Assembly: GCA_026936335.1 (NCBI GenBank)
Contig: JAPMXV010000038.1
Coordinates: forward strand, 124,001-188,000
Length of the DNA stretch: 64,000 nt
Origin: Mantamonas sphyraenae STR306
Lineage: Eukaryota > Protista > CRuMs
Direction: 5' to 3'
The notes under the pieces are model-generated. The model had not been told where the DNA came from. It saw only the letters and a program-made list of their open reading frames with translations, and did not search any database. A program made the position numbers and the translations under genes. Below, one piece after another: positions 12,025 through 25,616 of this stretch (its first letter is position 1; each line of letters begins with the position of its first letter).

Positions 12025-13616
12025 TCATTCATCCAGGGCAATGTACACCTTGGGACGCTCAAACAGCTTGATGGCATCGTCCAATTCCTTAAGTTTGCCC
12101 TCGATGGCCGCCTTGCGCCTGCGTTGACCCTCGGTGTGGATGACCACCGCAAACGAACCCAGTTGGGTTTCCAATGCACTCTTGTTCTCCACCAACTTGG
12201 CCAACGTCTCCACCCGTTCCTCCTCAGGCATGGCCACCATTCCTGGCGGACAGTCATAATCGATGGCGTTTGCCTCCTCCTCCTCCCGTGCCTTTTGCTG
12301 CGCCATTTCCCGCTTCCGTTCCTCCAGATACGCTGGCACCTTGCCGTAGTTGCCATGGCGTGCACTGCGTTCACCGCGTCCACTTGCCTTGCTGCTGCTG
12401 CTGTTGCTCATCCTGCTGCTGGTGCTTCGCGACGTCTCTGGCCGACCACCCCGCGACGACGCAAGCCGTGCGTTCTCTGCGATAAAGTCCCGCTTCTTCT
12501 TGCCACCACTGTTGCCACCACTGTTGCCACCGCTGTTGCTGCTCTTGTTGCTGACCCGTTGGGGCTTGTTGTGTACGGAGCGTTGCGAGCGGCTGCTGAC
12601 CACGTACGTGGTGTCCTCATCGTCGCGGTAGACCGAACCCATGTCATCATCATTATCATCGTCGTGGTCGTCGTGGAGTCGATACACACTCTCGTCATCA
12701 TCCACGTCATCATCATACACATCGCCTCCATACCCATACGCGTCCTCCTGGTAGGACGACGACTTGTTGCCAATCTTCTTGCCCACGTTGTGGCTGACCA
12801 TCACATCCTCCTCCTCCTCCTCATCCTCATCACCATAGTTGCCACGCATGCGTTTCAGATCCAATGGGGCAACATACACGCCTGCCTCCTCTTCCTGTTC
12901 CTGGGCGTAGCGTGCGGAATAACGCTCCTCCTCCGCCGCCTCCAACTCGGCCAGCTGGCGACGCAGATCATCCAACTCAGCCTCGGTGACATCATCGCCA
13001 TCATCATCATTGTCCAGGTATGCATCGTCGTAGTCGTCGTCGTTGTACGGTTGCTGCTTGACCTGAAGCACTTGGGCTCCAGCCCCTGCGTTTTTGCTCG
13101 TCGTCCTGCTGCTCACACGTGACTCTGTGCGCATGGAGGCTGGTGAAGAGGTCATGCCACGTGAAGCCAGTGTGGATCGCACGTTGCTGTACTTGTTCAT
13201 CTTGAACTGCTTCTTGGGTTCTTGTTTCTCCTCCTGCTTCTTCTTGCGGTTCTCCTCCTGCTTCTTTTTCAGCCGCATGCGGTTCTCCTTGGCATGGTCC
13301 TTGGGTTTCACTCCCTTGCGTCGCATCTCATCCCTGTGACGGTGTGTGGGGCACCCGTGTTTCTCCCTGTCAGCCTCTCCCCACCCTTGCAATCCGGGCC
13401 AACAACTTTCCCGCACAAAAAGACGCGCGCGATCTTGTAACGGTTTCTTTCCAAACGCCAACCACGTCCCATCTGCCCATGCACGCGTGTGCCCACCCTG
13501 CCCATGTCCACCCACACTGCATCCCCATCTCCATCCACCTACCTCACTCCATTGGACGGGTTCAGAATGTCGCCGATGGTGGCGCGTTGTTTGCGAGCGT
13601 TGATTCGTGCTTCCAT
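12025..13616 (-). CDS. ENKD1: Enkurin-domain protein; exons 13616-13543, 13333-12025
   Basis: PKDHAKENRMRLK N-terminal motif; C-terminal enkurin domain YGKVPAYLEERK...CPPGMVAMPEEERVETL...LDDAIKLFERPKVYI. Intron GTAGGT...CACAG is in phase. Confidence 0.85.
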
Positions 13617-13639
13617 TTTGTTGTGTGACACCAAGTGAA

Positions 13640-13668
13640 TGTGTGTGTGTGTGTGTGTGTGTGTGTGT
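13640..13668. repeat. (TG)n microsatellite, i.e. (CA)n in the ENKD1 5' leader
   Basis: Read directly. Confidence 0.95.
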
Positions 13669-13786
13669 TGTCCTTGGTTTTCCGGGGGATGGCCTGATGG
13701 GTTGGTTGTTTTCGGCCGTGGAGATGTGTTGGGTTGTGGGACGCTGCGGCGACGGCGCTGGCTCGTCCACTGATTGACCTCAAGAA

Positions 13787-14934
13787 ATGTTCTCTCGCAT
13801 CCGCAACTCCAGCAAGTCTCTGTCCACGGTGGCCAAGACCGCCGTCATCCGCAAGCGTGTGTCCAACGGTACGTTCTCGGCGTCTCGTGTCGTGTGTGTG
13901 ACGCGTGCATGTGTGTTGGTGGAATGACGACGTTTTTTCGAGCACCCCCCCCCCACCACCTCCTTCTTCGCGGCGCCGACAGCCTCGACGCCGCGTTTGG
14001 GCAGCTGAAGCACACGTGGCTGCATAGCTGTGTGCGTGTAATCGCTGCGCTGTGTGACCGCTGGGCTGAAATGGGACCGGTGGGAAGGGAGGTGGGGTGC
14101 AAACCAGGTGAAAGTGGGCGCGAGGACCGTTGTTTTGGATCGCAGACGGAAACCCTCTCGACTGACACCCCTCGGCGTCTGTGTTTACCCACGCACGATG
14201 CACTCATTCCTCCCACCGCCCCTCCCCCAACACACAACACACACACACATGGCAACCGTCATACAGCCTCGCGCCGCACGTTCATGACTGGCCGTGCGCT
14301 GGCTGCCAGCAGCAGCAAGAGCGGAAAGAGCCTGATGCTGGCCGGCACTGCTCTGGTGGCAGGCATGGCCACGTACCAGATGAGCAACATGTCCATGGTG
14401 CCGCGTGTTGAGGCCAAGCAGTCGATTGCCGGTGTGGAGGGCGGCAACACGGAGCGCACCCTGTTCCTGGTCAAGCCCGACGCCGTGCAGCGTGGCATGA
14501 TCGCCGAGGTGATCTCCCGCATGGAAACCCGCGGTTTCAAGCTGGTGGCCCTGAAGCTGGTCAAGCCTTCGCTGGCCCATGCCAAGAAGCACTACGAGGA
14601 CCTGTCGAAGAAGCCCTTCTACAACGACCTGTGCGACTTTCTGGCCAACCACGGCGCCGTAGTGGCCATGGTGTGGCAGGGACCCGGTGTCATCACCACG
14701 GGTCGCCAGGTGATTGGTGCCACCAACCCCAAGGACAGTGCCCCGGGCACCCTGCGTGGTGACTATGCCATCACCATTGGTCGCAACTGCGTCCATGGCT
14801 CCGACTCGTTTGAGAGCGCCGAGCACGAGATTGGCCTCTGGTTCAAGGACGACGAGGTGATCGACTGGAACCGCACGCCGACCAGCACATTCTGGGTTAA
14901 ACACCCAACCACACACACACACACTCCCACTTGA
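13787..14934 (+). CDS. ndk: Nucleoside diphosphate kinase with mitochondrial targeting/TM leader; intron 13869-14266; true stop probably TAA 14898-14900
   Basis: ERTLFLVKPDAVQRG, GATNP, PGTLRGD, RNCVHGSDS (catalytic His). MFSRIR presequence. The C-terminus reads WNxHADQHILG* if one base is added near 14872. Confidence 0.92.
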
Positions 14935-15031
14935 AAGAGTGTGCATGTTGCGTGCATGATGGTGTGATGCTGCTCAGGAATGAATGACAATGAAAAACTG
15001 TGCCCGTGGGCAGCCAATCGTTTCCTGCTTC

Positions 15032-17151
15032 ATGTCCACCGCGGAAAAGGACTCGTCTGAGACGAACAGCAGCAGCAAGAGCAGCAGCAAAGAAGAGCAG
15101 CAGCAGCTGTCGACCACAGAGCGAGTGGTGAAGGATGTGGAGCCGCCTGCCACTGTGCCCATCACAGGCGACGACCTGTTTGACGAGGAGGGCAAGCCAC
15201 GCGTCGACGCCCTGCGCGACTTTCTCGTCCACGAGGGCCGTCTCCTCAAGGAGGATGCCATCTCCATCGCTCGCATGGCTGCCTCGGTCTACCGCAATGA
15301 GCCCAACATGCTTCAAATTGAGGCTCCCATCACAAGTGCGTGGCCTGCCCCTGCTGCCTTTTTCCCCCCCCCCGCCGTTTTTTCGCCCCCCCGCGTGCTG
15401 ACCCGCCCCTTCTTCCTACACCCACGCAGTCTGCGGTGACATCCATGGCCAGTTCTACGACCTTCTCAAACTGTTTGAGGTCGGCGGCCCGCCTGGCGAG
15501 ACGCGCTACCTGTTTCTGGGCGACTACGTGGATCGTGGTTGCTTCAGCTGCGAGGTGGTCCTCCTCCTGTTCACCCTCAAGATCCACTTTAGCGACTCCT
15601 TCTTCATGATCCGCGGTAACCACGAGTGCCGCCATCTCACCGACTACTTTAATTTCAAGGAGGAGTGTACGTGGCCCCGTTCCCCATGTGCCCTGTGCCC
15701 CCCACCTCCCCAAACCAGCGTTCTGCCTTGCATTGCTGCCGGCGCCAAATCCCCACCCAGGGGCGGCACGCCTTTGCCCACGTCTCCACTATAGTGCCCG
15801 TGCAGGATGTACACTGCACGCGTGCACACTGTACCCTGAAGCTGTGCCATGTGTTTGTATGCTCTCGGTACATGCCTGTGTGTGTCATGTGCATTTTGCC
15901 CCGCCAGCAACGCTGCCTTTTCCAGAATCGGAAGCAGAGCCCTCTTCTCACACTTGTTTGCACGGCTTTGTGCCACCCCCCACCGCCTTGCACAGGCAAA
16001 CACAAGTACGACGAGGAGGTGTACGACGAGATCATGGACACCTTCGACTGTCTGCCCATCGCAGCCATTGTCAATAAGCAATTCCTCTGCGTGCACGGCG
16101 GAATCTCTCCCGAGATTCAAACGGTTGGTTTGCCAAATCTTTGCCCACCCCTCTTTGCCTCGCACGCACCACCACACACACTCTTGCAACCAACCAACCC
16201 TCCTCCGCCGGCACCGGCCTCCCTTGCCACACATCTGACATGGTACCAACCCTCTGATCACACCCGATTGTGCGCAGTTGAAGGACATCACGTCGATTGA
16301 CCGCTTCCGCGAGCCGCCTGCGAGCGGAGTGATGTGCGACTTGCTGTGGGCCGACCCTATGGAGGCGTACGAGGAGCCTGGGACGACGTTTGTGCGCAAC
16401 GAAGTGCGTGGCTGTTCCTACTGCTATTCGTACGAGGCAGTGTGCACCTTTCTGGAAAACAACGGCCTGTTGAGTGTGATTCGTGCACACGAGGCTCAGG
16501 ACGCAGGGTACCGCATGTACCTGAAGCACAAGACCACAGGCTTCCCCACCGTCATCACTCTCTTCTCCGCCCCCAACTACCTCGACTGCTATGGAAACAA
16601 GGGGGCCATCCTCAAGTACGAGAAGAACGTCATGAACATCCGCCAGTTCAACTGTGTGCAGCACCCGTACTGGCTGCCCAACTTTATGGACGTGTTTGCC
16701 TGGTCCCTGCCCTTTGTGGGTGAGAAGGGTAAGTGTGTGTGTGTGTGTGTGGGATAGATAGATTATGAGTACTAACGCACCAAGCACCCTTGTGCACACA
16801 GTCACCGAAATCCTTCTTACCATCCTCAACCTGGTCAACGATGACGAGGACGAGGAGACAGACGAGCCCGAGACGGACGAGCCGATGTCTGCCGAGCGTG
16901 CCGAGGTGATCCGCAGCAAGATCCGTTCGGTGAGCAAGATGATGCGCATGTTTGGCGTGTTGCGTGAGGAGCGTGAGGCCATCCTTAAGCTCAAGAACCT
17001 GGTGCCCAACAACAAGCTGCCTCTGGGCATGCTGGCCGAGGGACCCGAAGCCATCCGCAGCGCCATCTCCAACTTTGAGCAGGCCAAGCTGGCAGACACG
17101 GTCAACGAGAAGCGTCCGCCAATTGCAGAGACATCGTCGCAGTTTGATTGA
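15032..17151 (+). CDS. PPP3C: Calcineurin A (PP2B catalytic subunit); introns 15336-15429, 15667-15995, 16124-16277, 16729-16801
   Basis: GDIHGQ, GDYVDRG, RGNHE, SAPNY; CnB-binding [16 protein letters not shown]; CaM-binding [15 protein letters not shown]; autoinhibitory [16 protein letters not shown]. Confidence 0.97.
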
Positions 17152-17176
17152 TTGAATTTACACACACCATTTTGCC

Positions 17177-20162
17177 TCAGTCATCCAGACCTGCCTTGAC
17201 ACCCCATCGCATGAGGTCGTTGACCATGGTCTGCAACGCCGCACGCGTTCCCAGGAACTCTTCGTCCTGGAGCACCTCTCCGACCGCCTCTGCACCTGTC
17301 TTTGCCAGCAGTTTGGCCAGAGAGACAAACACCTGGTGCATGACCAGGCCACGCATGCCGTCGCCAATGAAGAATCGTTTGCGCAGAAAGCGTTGGAGAA
17401 GGTGGGCAGTGGCTACCAACGAGTCGCGAATGCTGCCCTGGTCCGCAAACATGTCCAACAACCGCAGCCATGTTTGCGTGTTGAACTCTTCGCTGTCCAC
17501 ACCCATTCGGTAGCACCGTTCTGCACTCTCCAGCCGCTGTAGCCTGCGTGCCAGGTCACCGATGCGCAGCCACTCCAAACCGTTGTGTTCCTCCTCGTCC
17601 ACTGCGTGCAAGCGAGACAGCAGCATGCTCACGTCCTCGTGGAGCACGTGAAACACCCCGTCCAGCCACTGCACACACAATCGCTTCCCACCTGGTCGAT
17701 CCATGTCTTCATGGTTGCTGCCCGTGCTCTTGGGTGTCGTGAGCCTGGATGAGGATGAGCCCTGGATCATGTGTGCCCGGTCGTCCAACTCCAGACTACC
17801 GATGCCTGTGGTTCGTGCGTGCCGTTTGCCCCGTCGAATCTCACCCAACTCCACCCCGCCACTCTCCAATGACTCGGCCTTAATCCGACGTGTGATCTCT
17901 CGCATCGCTGCCATGCGCGAGCGCACATTGCGCACCATATCGCTCACCTCGTCATCCTCATCATCCTCATCCGACGACGACAATTCGTCCTCCAGTCCCT
18001 GGTGTCGGTGATCATGTTCCTTTGCCACCCCTCTCCTGTCGTGTGTACTGCCTCCCTCGTGATCGGATGTGGTGGATGTTGTTGTTGATGATGATGTTGT
18101 TGTTGTTGTGGTGGTGGTGTTGGTGTTGGTGGTGGTGGTGGTGGTGGCTGCGTCAGACTCTCCATCGTCTCCACCCAGCAGCATCGACGCACTGGCCTCG
18201 TGCACACCTGCTCGTCCTTGCATGGTGCGTTTCAATCCCATGGGTGATTCTTGCATGGGCTGATCGCCATCTTCCATGGCAGATGCCGACGATGACGATG
18301 ACGACGATGCCCCTGCCCCTGCCCCAGCCAAATCGGGATTGGTCACCCTGCGTCGCTGCGACGTCACACGTGGAGACAACACGGCATCTTCCACAGTGGC
18401 ATCTACACCCTGGGCAACGCGTGACGTGGAGGTAGATGCGTTGTTGGGAGTCCCTCCACCCTCCTCATCTGTGTCTGCTGTCGCTGCTGCTTCTCCCCCT
18501 TCCTCTTCGCCACCGTCCAGAATAAACACACGCGAACGGATGGCCAGCAGTTCGCTCCAGCCCACATGGGACATGATATCGGCCAGCACGGCATACACCT
18601 TTGCCTCCAGGGTATTGAGAGAATTGTAGGACATGTCACGGTACCAATGATCTGCAAACTCGACATAAATGTTGTCATAGAACATGTCCCTTGCCACACG
18701 TGACATACCCACAGGCACAGTGTGGTACTGTGTGTAATGGGCACCCAACACGTCGTCCTCATCCGTGCAATAGGGCACCCCATTGCATGCAATCACCGCC
18801 ATGTCGTACTGCTTGGCCATCACGTAGCATCGTGCCAACAACAACCAGGCTTCGCTCATCCAAGGCGCAATCTCCACCACCGTGCTTGCCAGCTCCACCG
18901 CCACATCGCTCCTCTCCTGCCGACGGTACACCTCTGCCAGTGCCATCAGACAGGGCAAATCCGCAGCACTCAGCGGCGAGTGCAAATTCTTCAGCAACAA
19001 ACCAATGGCCACGTCGCTTTGGCCCAATTCAAAGTGTGCCAATGCCACGGGCACAATCAGCCCTGATTCCTCGTGCACAACTGCACAAGTACGACGCACG
19101 CAAACGGTCAGTGTGTCAGTGTCACGTGTACACATACACACACACACACACACACAGCCGGTCATCCACTCACATTGGGAGAAAAACGTGATGGCAGCCT
19201 CGAAGCGACGGGCATCGAAAAAGTAGCGGACCAACTTGTCGACGAGATTGTTCCTAGCCACAGTGGGCACCACCGAGGTGTCAGCCACCCCCAATCGACT
19301 GCCCAATTCCAGCAGTTGCTCCGCCAACCGGTTGAGGAAGGTCTGCTCGCGAGCCTGCGAACTCAACGGCGTCAACACTCGCAGCGCCGGGAACTTGGTC
19401 AGATCCTTGTGTGGATGCATGGAGCGCAGCACACTGCTCAGATGCACCTCTTGCCACACCTGTTCGTTTGTGTGGTAACTGGGTGGGTGGGTGTGGGTGG
19501 GTGGGGGGGGGAGGGGTAACACGGGGTCAGGATGATCACTTCGGCAAGGCAGGGCACTTTGCAAAGTTGCCTCAGGGACAAGGAAGCAGGGCACACACGC
19601 ACTAATTTCCACGGGAATCGACGACATAAGAGACGACAGTGCCTGGAAAGGTGATTTGCACGCGCACGTCGAGTTGGGAAAAGGCGTCATAGGCGCAGTA
19701 GAGGACGCGTTGCATCTTCCAGCAGCCCAAGACGTCGTCCCCCGGATGCTGCTGCTGGTACAGTCGATTGACATAGGCGGCAATGGAAGCAGCATGGGAT
19801 GTGTCCAGTCCCACCAGGTAGTGGTAGTAGCCCACGGTGCTCTGTCGCTCGCTACGTGCCACCTTGCGAAAGTCGAGGATCTCTGCCTCGTCACCGGTGC
19901 CCCCCACACTGGCAGCCGTTCCCTTGGCCGCCTCTGTCTTGTCTGTGGCCAGAAAGAAGCGTTTGTGGATAAAACACAGGTCGGCAAGCAGCGGCGTCTC
20001 ACTGGGACCCTTGATCTCCCGCAACGCATCCTCTCGCGCGTCCAAACACGCTCCCAGACGCGATTCCTTGTTTTCCACCACCCCGGAGATGGAGTCGATG
20101 TGAAAGTTGACCAGCGTTTCACTGCTACGGCTGCCTTCCTCGGGTGACTCGGCGCCGCTCAT
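17177..20162 (-). CDS. ChAPs family protein (Chs5-Arf1-binding, Bch1/Bud7-like exomer cargo adaptor) with TPRs; introns 19479-19602, 19081-19173
   Basis: PLLADLCFIHK, YHYLVGLDTSHAASIAAYV, YCAYDAFSQLDVRVQITFPG, WSELLAIRSRVFI, KRLCVQWLDGVFHVLHEDV and EWLRIGDLARRL all match recalled Bch1/Bud7 blocks. Confidence 0.85.
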
Positions 20163-20246
20163 GTGGGGGATGTGCTATGAATGTTGCCAGTGTTGCCCCG
20201 GCTGGCGCAACTTCTTTGTCCCCCCGCTTGCAAGCGTCCACCTGCC

Positions 20247-22606
20247 ATGACCACTGCCAGTGACATTGCTGTCCCTGCTTTGGAAATCAGCCTGCTGGTG
20301 CTGTGTCTGGCGTATGCCGTGGTGCAACTGAAACGGTGTGTTGTGTTCTGGATTGGAATTTGGCAGCCACACACACACACACACCCACATGCATGCATGC
20401 ATGCACACACGTACATCATTGCACAACTTGGCATCCATGCATGCGTGTCGTACCACGACCACACCCGTCCTCTCGCCCTCCCCCGTGTGTGCTCCCACTG
20501 ACACTCACTCACACTCACCCCCCCTTGTTTCCCCACCAGGTTTGCCAACCCGCGCACTACGCCGTGGCTGGTGTGGCTCACATGTTTCCTGGCCTGGTTC
20601 AACGCCACCGTCATTGTCATTCTGATCCCAATGGACATTTCGCTGGTGTTGCACCAGCGTTGTGTGGCGGGAGGTGCTGCGGCGTCGTGTGATGCTGCCT
20701 TCACCTCGCTGTCACGCGACATGCTCACCACCTGCTGGTGGACCGTGTATTGGATCAACTTTGCGCTGTCGTGGTTTGTGGCACCCGTGGTGAACGACTA
20801 CCACAACGCAGCAGCCTTTGGGGTGTGGCCCAAACTCAAACTGGCCATTTCCGGCAACGCCAAGTTCTACGTGCTCATTGCCATTGTGGGCCTGGTTGCC
20901 CTCATGCTCTTCCTCCTCATTTCTGCATGGACCTTCTCCTCCCTCATGGGCTTCCTCATTGCCCTCTCCAACGCCTGGGGTTTGCTCATCATGGTCTTCT
21001 TCCTCGGTCATGGCCTCGTACAGGTCCCTCGCACCCTGTGGCGCATGTCCAACTTTGATCTCCATCTCGCTTACCAATACTTCAAGCTGCCTGCACGTCA
21101 CGCCACCCTCACCAAAACCCAGGCCGACTTGCAGATGCTCCTCCTTGAACTCAAGACCATTTCCGACAAGGTGCACACGTACAGTCCCGAGTTGGTGCCT
21201 CGCATCGAACAAATCAGTGCCCATGTGGACTTGGGTGTGGTGGAGCAGAACGAAAGCAAACTGAAGCGATACAGATCCTGGGGCGAGAAATCATTTGACC
21301 TCGCCGCTCGCAACGAGGACGACGCCTCCCTGGCCGACCTTGGCTTGCGTTTGCGTTCCACACACTATGCTTATGTCGTGGCCAAGGTGCGCTTTGAGCG
21401 TGTCATCCACCGTTCGATTCGCCTGCGCGACATTGTCGATGCACGCGAGGCCGGAAGCTATCAGAGCTCGTTTGAGCGCGACACACCCGAGTGGAAAACC
21501 ACCCTGCAATATGTGTACTATGTCTACTTGCACAAGTGGATGTTGCGTGCATTGGCTCTCGTGTTCACTGTTGTCAGTGCCGTGCACGTGTGGAGCGAGA
21601 TCACCGTGTTTACACGCATCCGCAACGGCCCCGACGTCTCCCTCTGGGCCGCCCTGGTCTCATCCGACCTGCCAGCCCCGGTATCCTCCCTCATTTGCTA
21701 CCTGGTGGTCCTCTATGTCACCCGCTGTGCCGAGTTTTCTGTCTTTCGGCTCAATGTGTTTGTCAGTTGCACCGCGCGAATGGAACGTGTCCGTGGAGCG
21801 GGGCGTGTGAACACAGCGCTGACAACCCACACCCACACCCACACACCCACACTCATCCACTCATCCACACACAGGACATGTTCAAACTGATCCCGGGTGG
21901 ACTGAGCGATGTGGATTCCCTGATCTTTGCAGCCAAGTTTTTGTTGCGCTTGATCCCTGCACTGAGTTGGAACTTCCTGAACATGGTGCACATGGCAAAC
22001 GAGAGCGCATTCTCGCAGGTGATGGGAAACATGCGCATTGTGCCATTTCTTGGGGACAACCAGGGGTACAATGCACTCATCCCCGTCGCACTGGTTGTGT
22101 TTTGCCTGCTGACGCTGTTCAAGGCCCACAAGCGCGTGTGCAACTGTGTGTCATGTCTGCCCTGCGTCAACAGGCGCATGTTTCTGTTTAATGACGAATC
22201 AACGGGATCGGCGAGGGTGGATCACGGCCGAACCCTGTTCCGCGAGCATGCTCCGCAGTACATCGAACGGTGGTTTGCCAACCTGAACAAGAATGCCGAG
22301 GAGATTGGCGAGGAAATTGAACGCATGGATTCGATTGTGGACGAGAAGGACGCCGAAGCGGCAGAGGTGGAGGACGAGGTGTACAACAACAACGAAGAGG
22401 GAGACGACGTGGAGATGGACACCATTCAGGAGCAACACAGCACGGCTGTGCCACACATGCTCCATGCAGACGATCGACAGGACAGCGATGTGGCACCCCT
22501 CACACGCAGGGGGTCCAACACATCGTCCCATCTCGACATCGACGACATCAGCTTCTCCTCCTCCGAGATGGATCTGGGCAAGAAATGGAAATTCTGGAAG
22601 CGATAA
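20247..22606 (+). CDS. LMBRD2: LMBR1-family membrane protein (LMBRD2-like); introns 20336-20539, 21762-21874
   Basis: LIPMDIS, WWTVYWINFALSW, IALSNAWGL...LGHGLVQVPRTLW, LRLIPALSWNFL, SAFSQVMG motifs. Confidence 0.85.
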
Positions 22607-22685
22607 GTGGATGCGGTGCTGCTGCAAACAATGATGAATACAGGAAGAACAGTGTTTGTGTCTGTGTGTCTGTGTGTGTGTCCAT

Positions 22686-25616
22686 TCATCGTCGCTTGGC
22701 AGCCCCTCGTTTTGCCTTTGGTCGAGGTGACTCGGCATCCGACCATTCGGAGCCAGAGCTTCCACTTCCGCTTCCGCTGCTGCTGCCTCCTTCTGTCTCC
22801 ACGCCGCTTGAGCCGCCGCTTGAGCTGCTGCCACTCTCTGTGCTTGAGGACGACGAGGATGAGGAAGAGGACGACGACGAACTGGTCGAGCTGGTCGATC
22901 GTGCCGACACCGGTCGCTTCTTTGTGCCCGCTTTCTTCTTGCCCTTTGCCTTTGCCTTTGTCTTTTTCTTGGCCCCAACCGTGCTGCTGCTGCTGCTGCC
23001 GGACGGCTTCTTCTTTGTCGCCGTCGTTGTTGTCCCCGTGGCCTTGCCTGTCCCTGCCAGGAGTGACGTACGGCGTGCAGTGGATGCAGCGGATGAAGGT
23101 CTGCTTGCACCGCTGCCACTGCCCACCGACGACGCGCTTGACTTGCGTCGCCTGCGTCCCGATTTCTTCTTTTCTTCCTCCGCAGACACCGCGCTGATCA
23201 CAGGTGTCGACGTGCCCGGCCTGCGCAAACGGCCTTCGATCCGTTCCACAGGCTTGTCGGAAGGCATGGAGAGCCCCTTGAGGATGGCAGCCGGCACTGC
23301 CATCCCCTTGCTCTCGAACCGCTCTTTGATGCGCAAGTATTCCTGCTTCGAGTCCAGCAGGCCCGGACGCGACACATGCGACACTGCACCATACCTGTAC
23401 ACGGGTGCAGAGTAGGGCCTGTCGGCGCCGTATGAGGATGACGTGGAACCCGACGAGGAGGATGTCGACGACGACGACGACGTCGCTGATGTGCTGTGGG
23501 CCATGCTCCCCGGCATGGCACTCACCGTACGCCGTTGGTGTGAGATGCTGCTGCTGCTGCTCGCACCTCCTCCGTCGCTTTTGCTGTTTCTGTGTGTGCG
23601 TTGTTGTTGCTGTCTGCGCTGCTGTTGCCTGTACGATTGCGTGGCCTGTTCAAATTCCTGTTCAAAGTCCCCAGCCTCGTCCCCGAGTGTGTCACCGTCC
23701 CCACCTTCGTTGTCGTCATCGTCGTCGTGGTCATATACAATCACATCCTCCTCCTCCTCCTCCTCCTCGTCGTAGCCGTCCACATAGCCGCCATTGTCAT
23801 CGTGGTACACAACATCCGATGTGCCACTGTTGCTGCGAATGCTGCTGCTGCTGGGTCGCCTGTGTTGCCTTTCCTGTGCCATTCCTTGCGCCTTGCTGCC
23901 TCGTGGGTGCGCTGTGGCTGGTCTTCCCATGGCCTGTGCGTCGCCGTGGCGATGGCGTGCCAACTGCTCGTCGACCGAGGTGCGTGTGCGTGCCGACACA
24001 AAATAGGCCGAGTAGGGCCTGTTGGCAATGCGCTTCTGCACGTTCACCTCAATGGCATCCATCTTACGACGCCATTCGGCCACAGTGCGATCGATCTCTG
24101 CCTGTGTCTCCTCGTCCAGATCGCGCATGCTCTGGTTCTGCTTCAGCTGTTCGCTCCACGCACGCCGCTCACGCCTTTCCTTTTCAATCTGCAACTTTTC
24201 CTGTGTCATTGGATTCTCCAGAAGGGCTTCCACGTCCAACCCTGTCACCTCCTTCAGGATGTGTGCATGCCTATCCGTCGGTTTGGCCACCAGTTTGCTC
24301 GCCGCCTTCTTCTTCTTCTTCTTCACCCCTCTGGTCGACCCTGTCGACTGCACCGAACGAGCAGACGACGGTCGACTGTTGCTGTTGGCGCTGCTGTTGG
24401 CGCTGCTCGGTCGTCGTCGTCGTCGCACACCGCTGCCCGGTCGTTTCTTCTTGTTTGCCCTCCTCTTTGGTGTGGACGACGACCCCTCCCCCTCCGATTC
24501 GGATGATGAGGATGATCCTGATCCACTTCCCGATCTGCCTGACGCCACATCCTCACTAAAGTTGACTGAACGTGACGACGCCATGGCAGCCGCGTCATGA
24601 TCGACTTCCACCGCAGCGTCCGCAGCCAAATCCAGAGCCAGTTTGGCTGCCATTTGCTTTCGTGCCTCCTCTGCCTCTGCCTCCCGTTGCCTCTCCTCTT
24701 CCAACGCCGCCTCCAGTTTGGATTCCAAACTCTGTGCGCCGTGGGTGGCCTTGCGCAGACGATACCCTGCCCCGAGATCCTTCCGTGCGTATTCACGCAT
24801 ACGCATGGCCGCCTCACTGTCCAACTGCAGCATGCGACGCCTTTCCTCACTCGACGATGCCTCTGTGTTGGATGACATCGACTCCTTGGCCGTGCTGTCT
24901 CTGTGCGCTTCCATTCGCAGCTGCGCTCTCAGGAACGCCACTTGCCTGTCCAACGCCTCCTCTTCTGCCTCCCAACTCGCCTCTGCATCCACCTCCTGCT
25001 CGTTCATCTTGTTCAACACAGGTTTGAAGATCTGCACACCCGGCGGGTTACATAGACAAGCGTGTGTGTGTGTGAGCATGTGCGCGCAGAGGACAGAGGA
25101 GAGCGCCAAAAGCCGTTACCCGCCAACCGGGCTCAACCCGCTCCAATTTGGCGCGCATACCTTGAGACCACTTTGCAACAGCTCATCGGTGGAATCAAAC
25201 CATCCCATGCGCAGATGCATGTTGAAGCGAGCCTGGTCGTCCACCAGAGTGTTGCCACTGCGGTGGGATTGGTCGTCGTCTCGGTCGCCTGCGTCCAGGG
25301 CCCACGCCTCACGATGGGCCTCTGCCTCCTTGCGTTCGGCCAGACGAGCCAGTTGCCGTTCCCGCTTGGCATCCTCGTCGTCTTCGCTGTCGGATGAGGA
25401 CACCTCGTGCAGGATCTCCTCCATGAGTGCCTCCTGGTCCATGGGAACGGCCTTGGGTTTGCGGGGCATCAGTTCCGGCGTCGGCTGCCGTTGAGGCATC
25501 TCGAAACGAAGGAGGTAGTCCTCATCATCGGACTCATCCACCTCCACGTCACTCACCACCCACGTGCGGCTGTGTTGTTGTTGCCGTCCCGTGTGGCGTG
25601 ATTGTGGCCGTAGCAT
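22686..25616 (-). CDS. Uncharacterised coiled-coil, Ser/Lys-rich low-complexity protein with repeated RPx[S/T] motifs; intron 25032-25160
   Basis: Two long ORFs joined in phase by a GTATGC...GTGCAG intron; no recognised domain. Confidence 0.6.

Noticed and set aside
13922-14010. C/D snoRNA in the NDK intron (atgacga...ctga)
   Set aside because: Imperfect C box, no terminal stem and no recognisable rRNA guide.
18060-18310. Trinucleotide runs (here and e.g. 47985-48030, 59325-59410) as CRISPR or mobile-element repeats
   Set aside because: They are in-frame poly-Ser/Thr/Gln/Asp tracts with no spacers, terminal inverted repeats or transposase.
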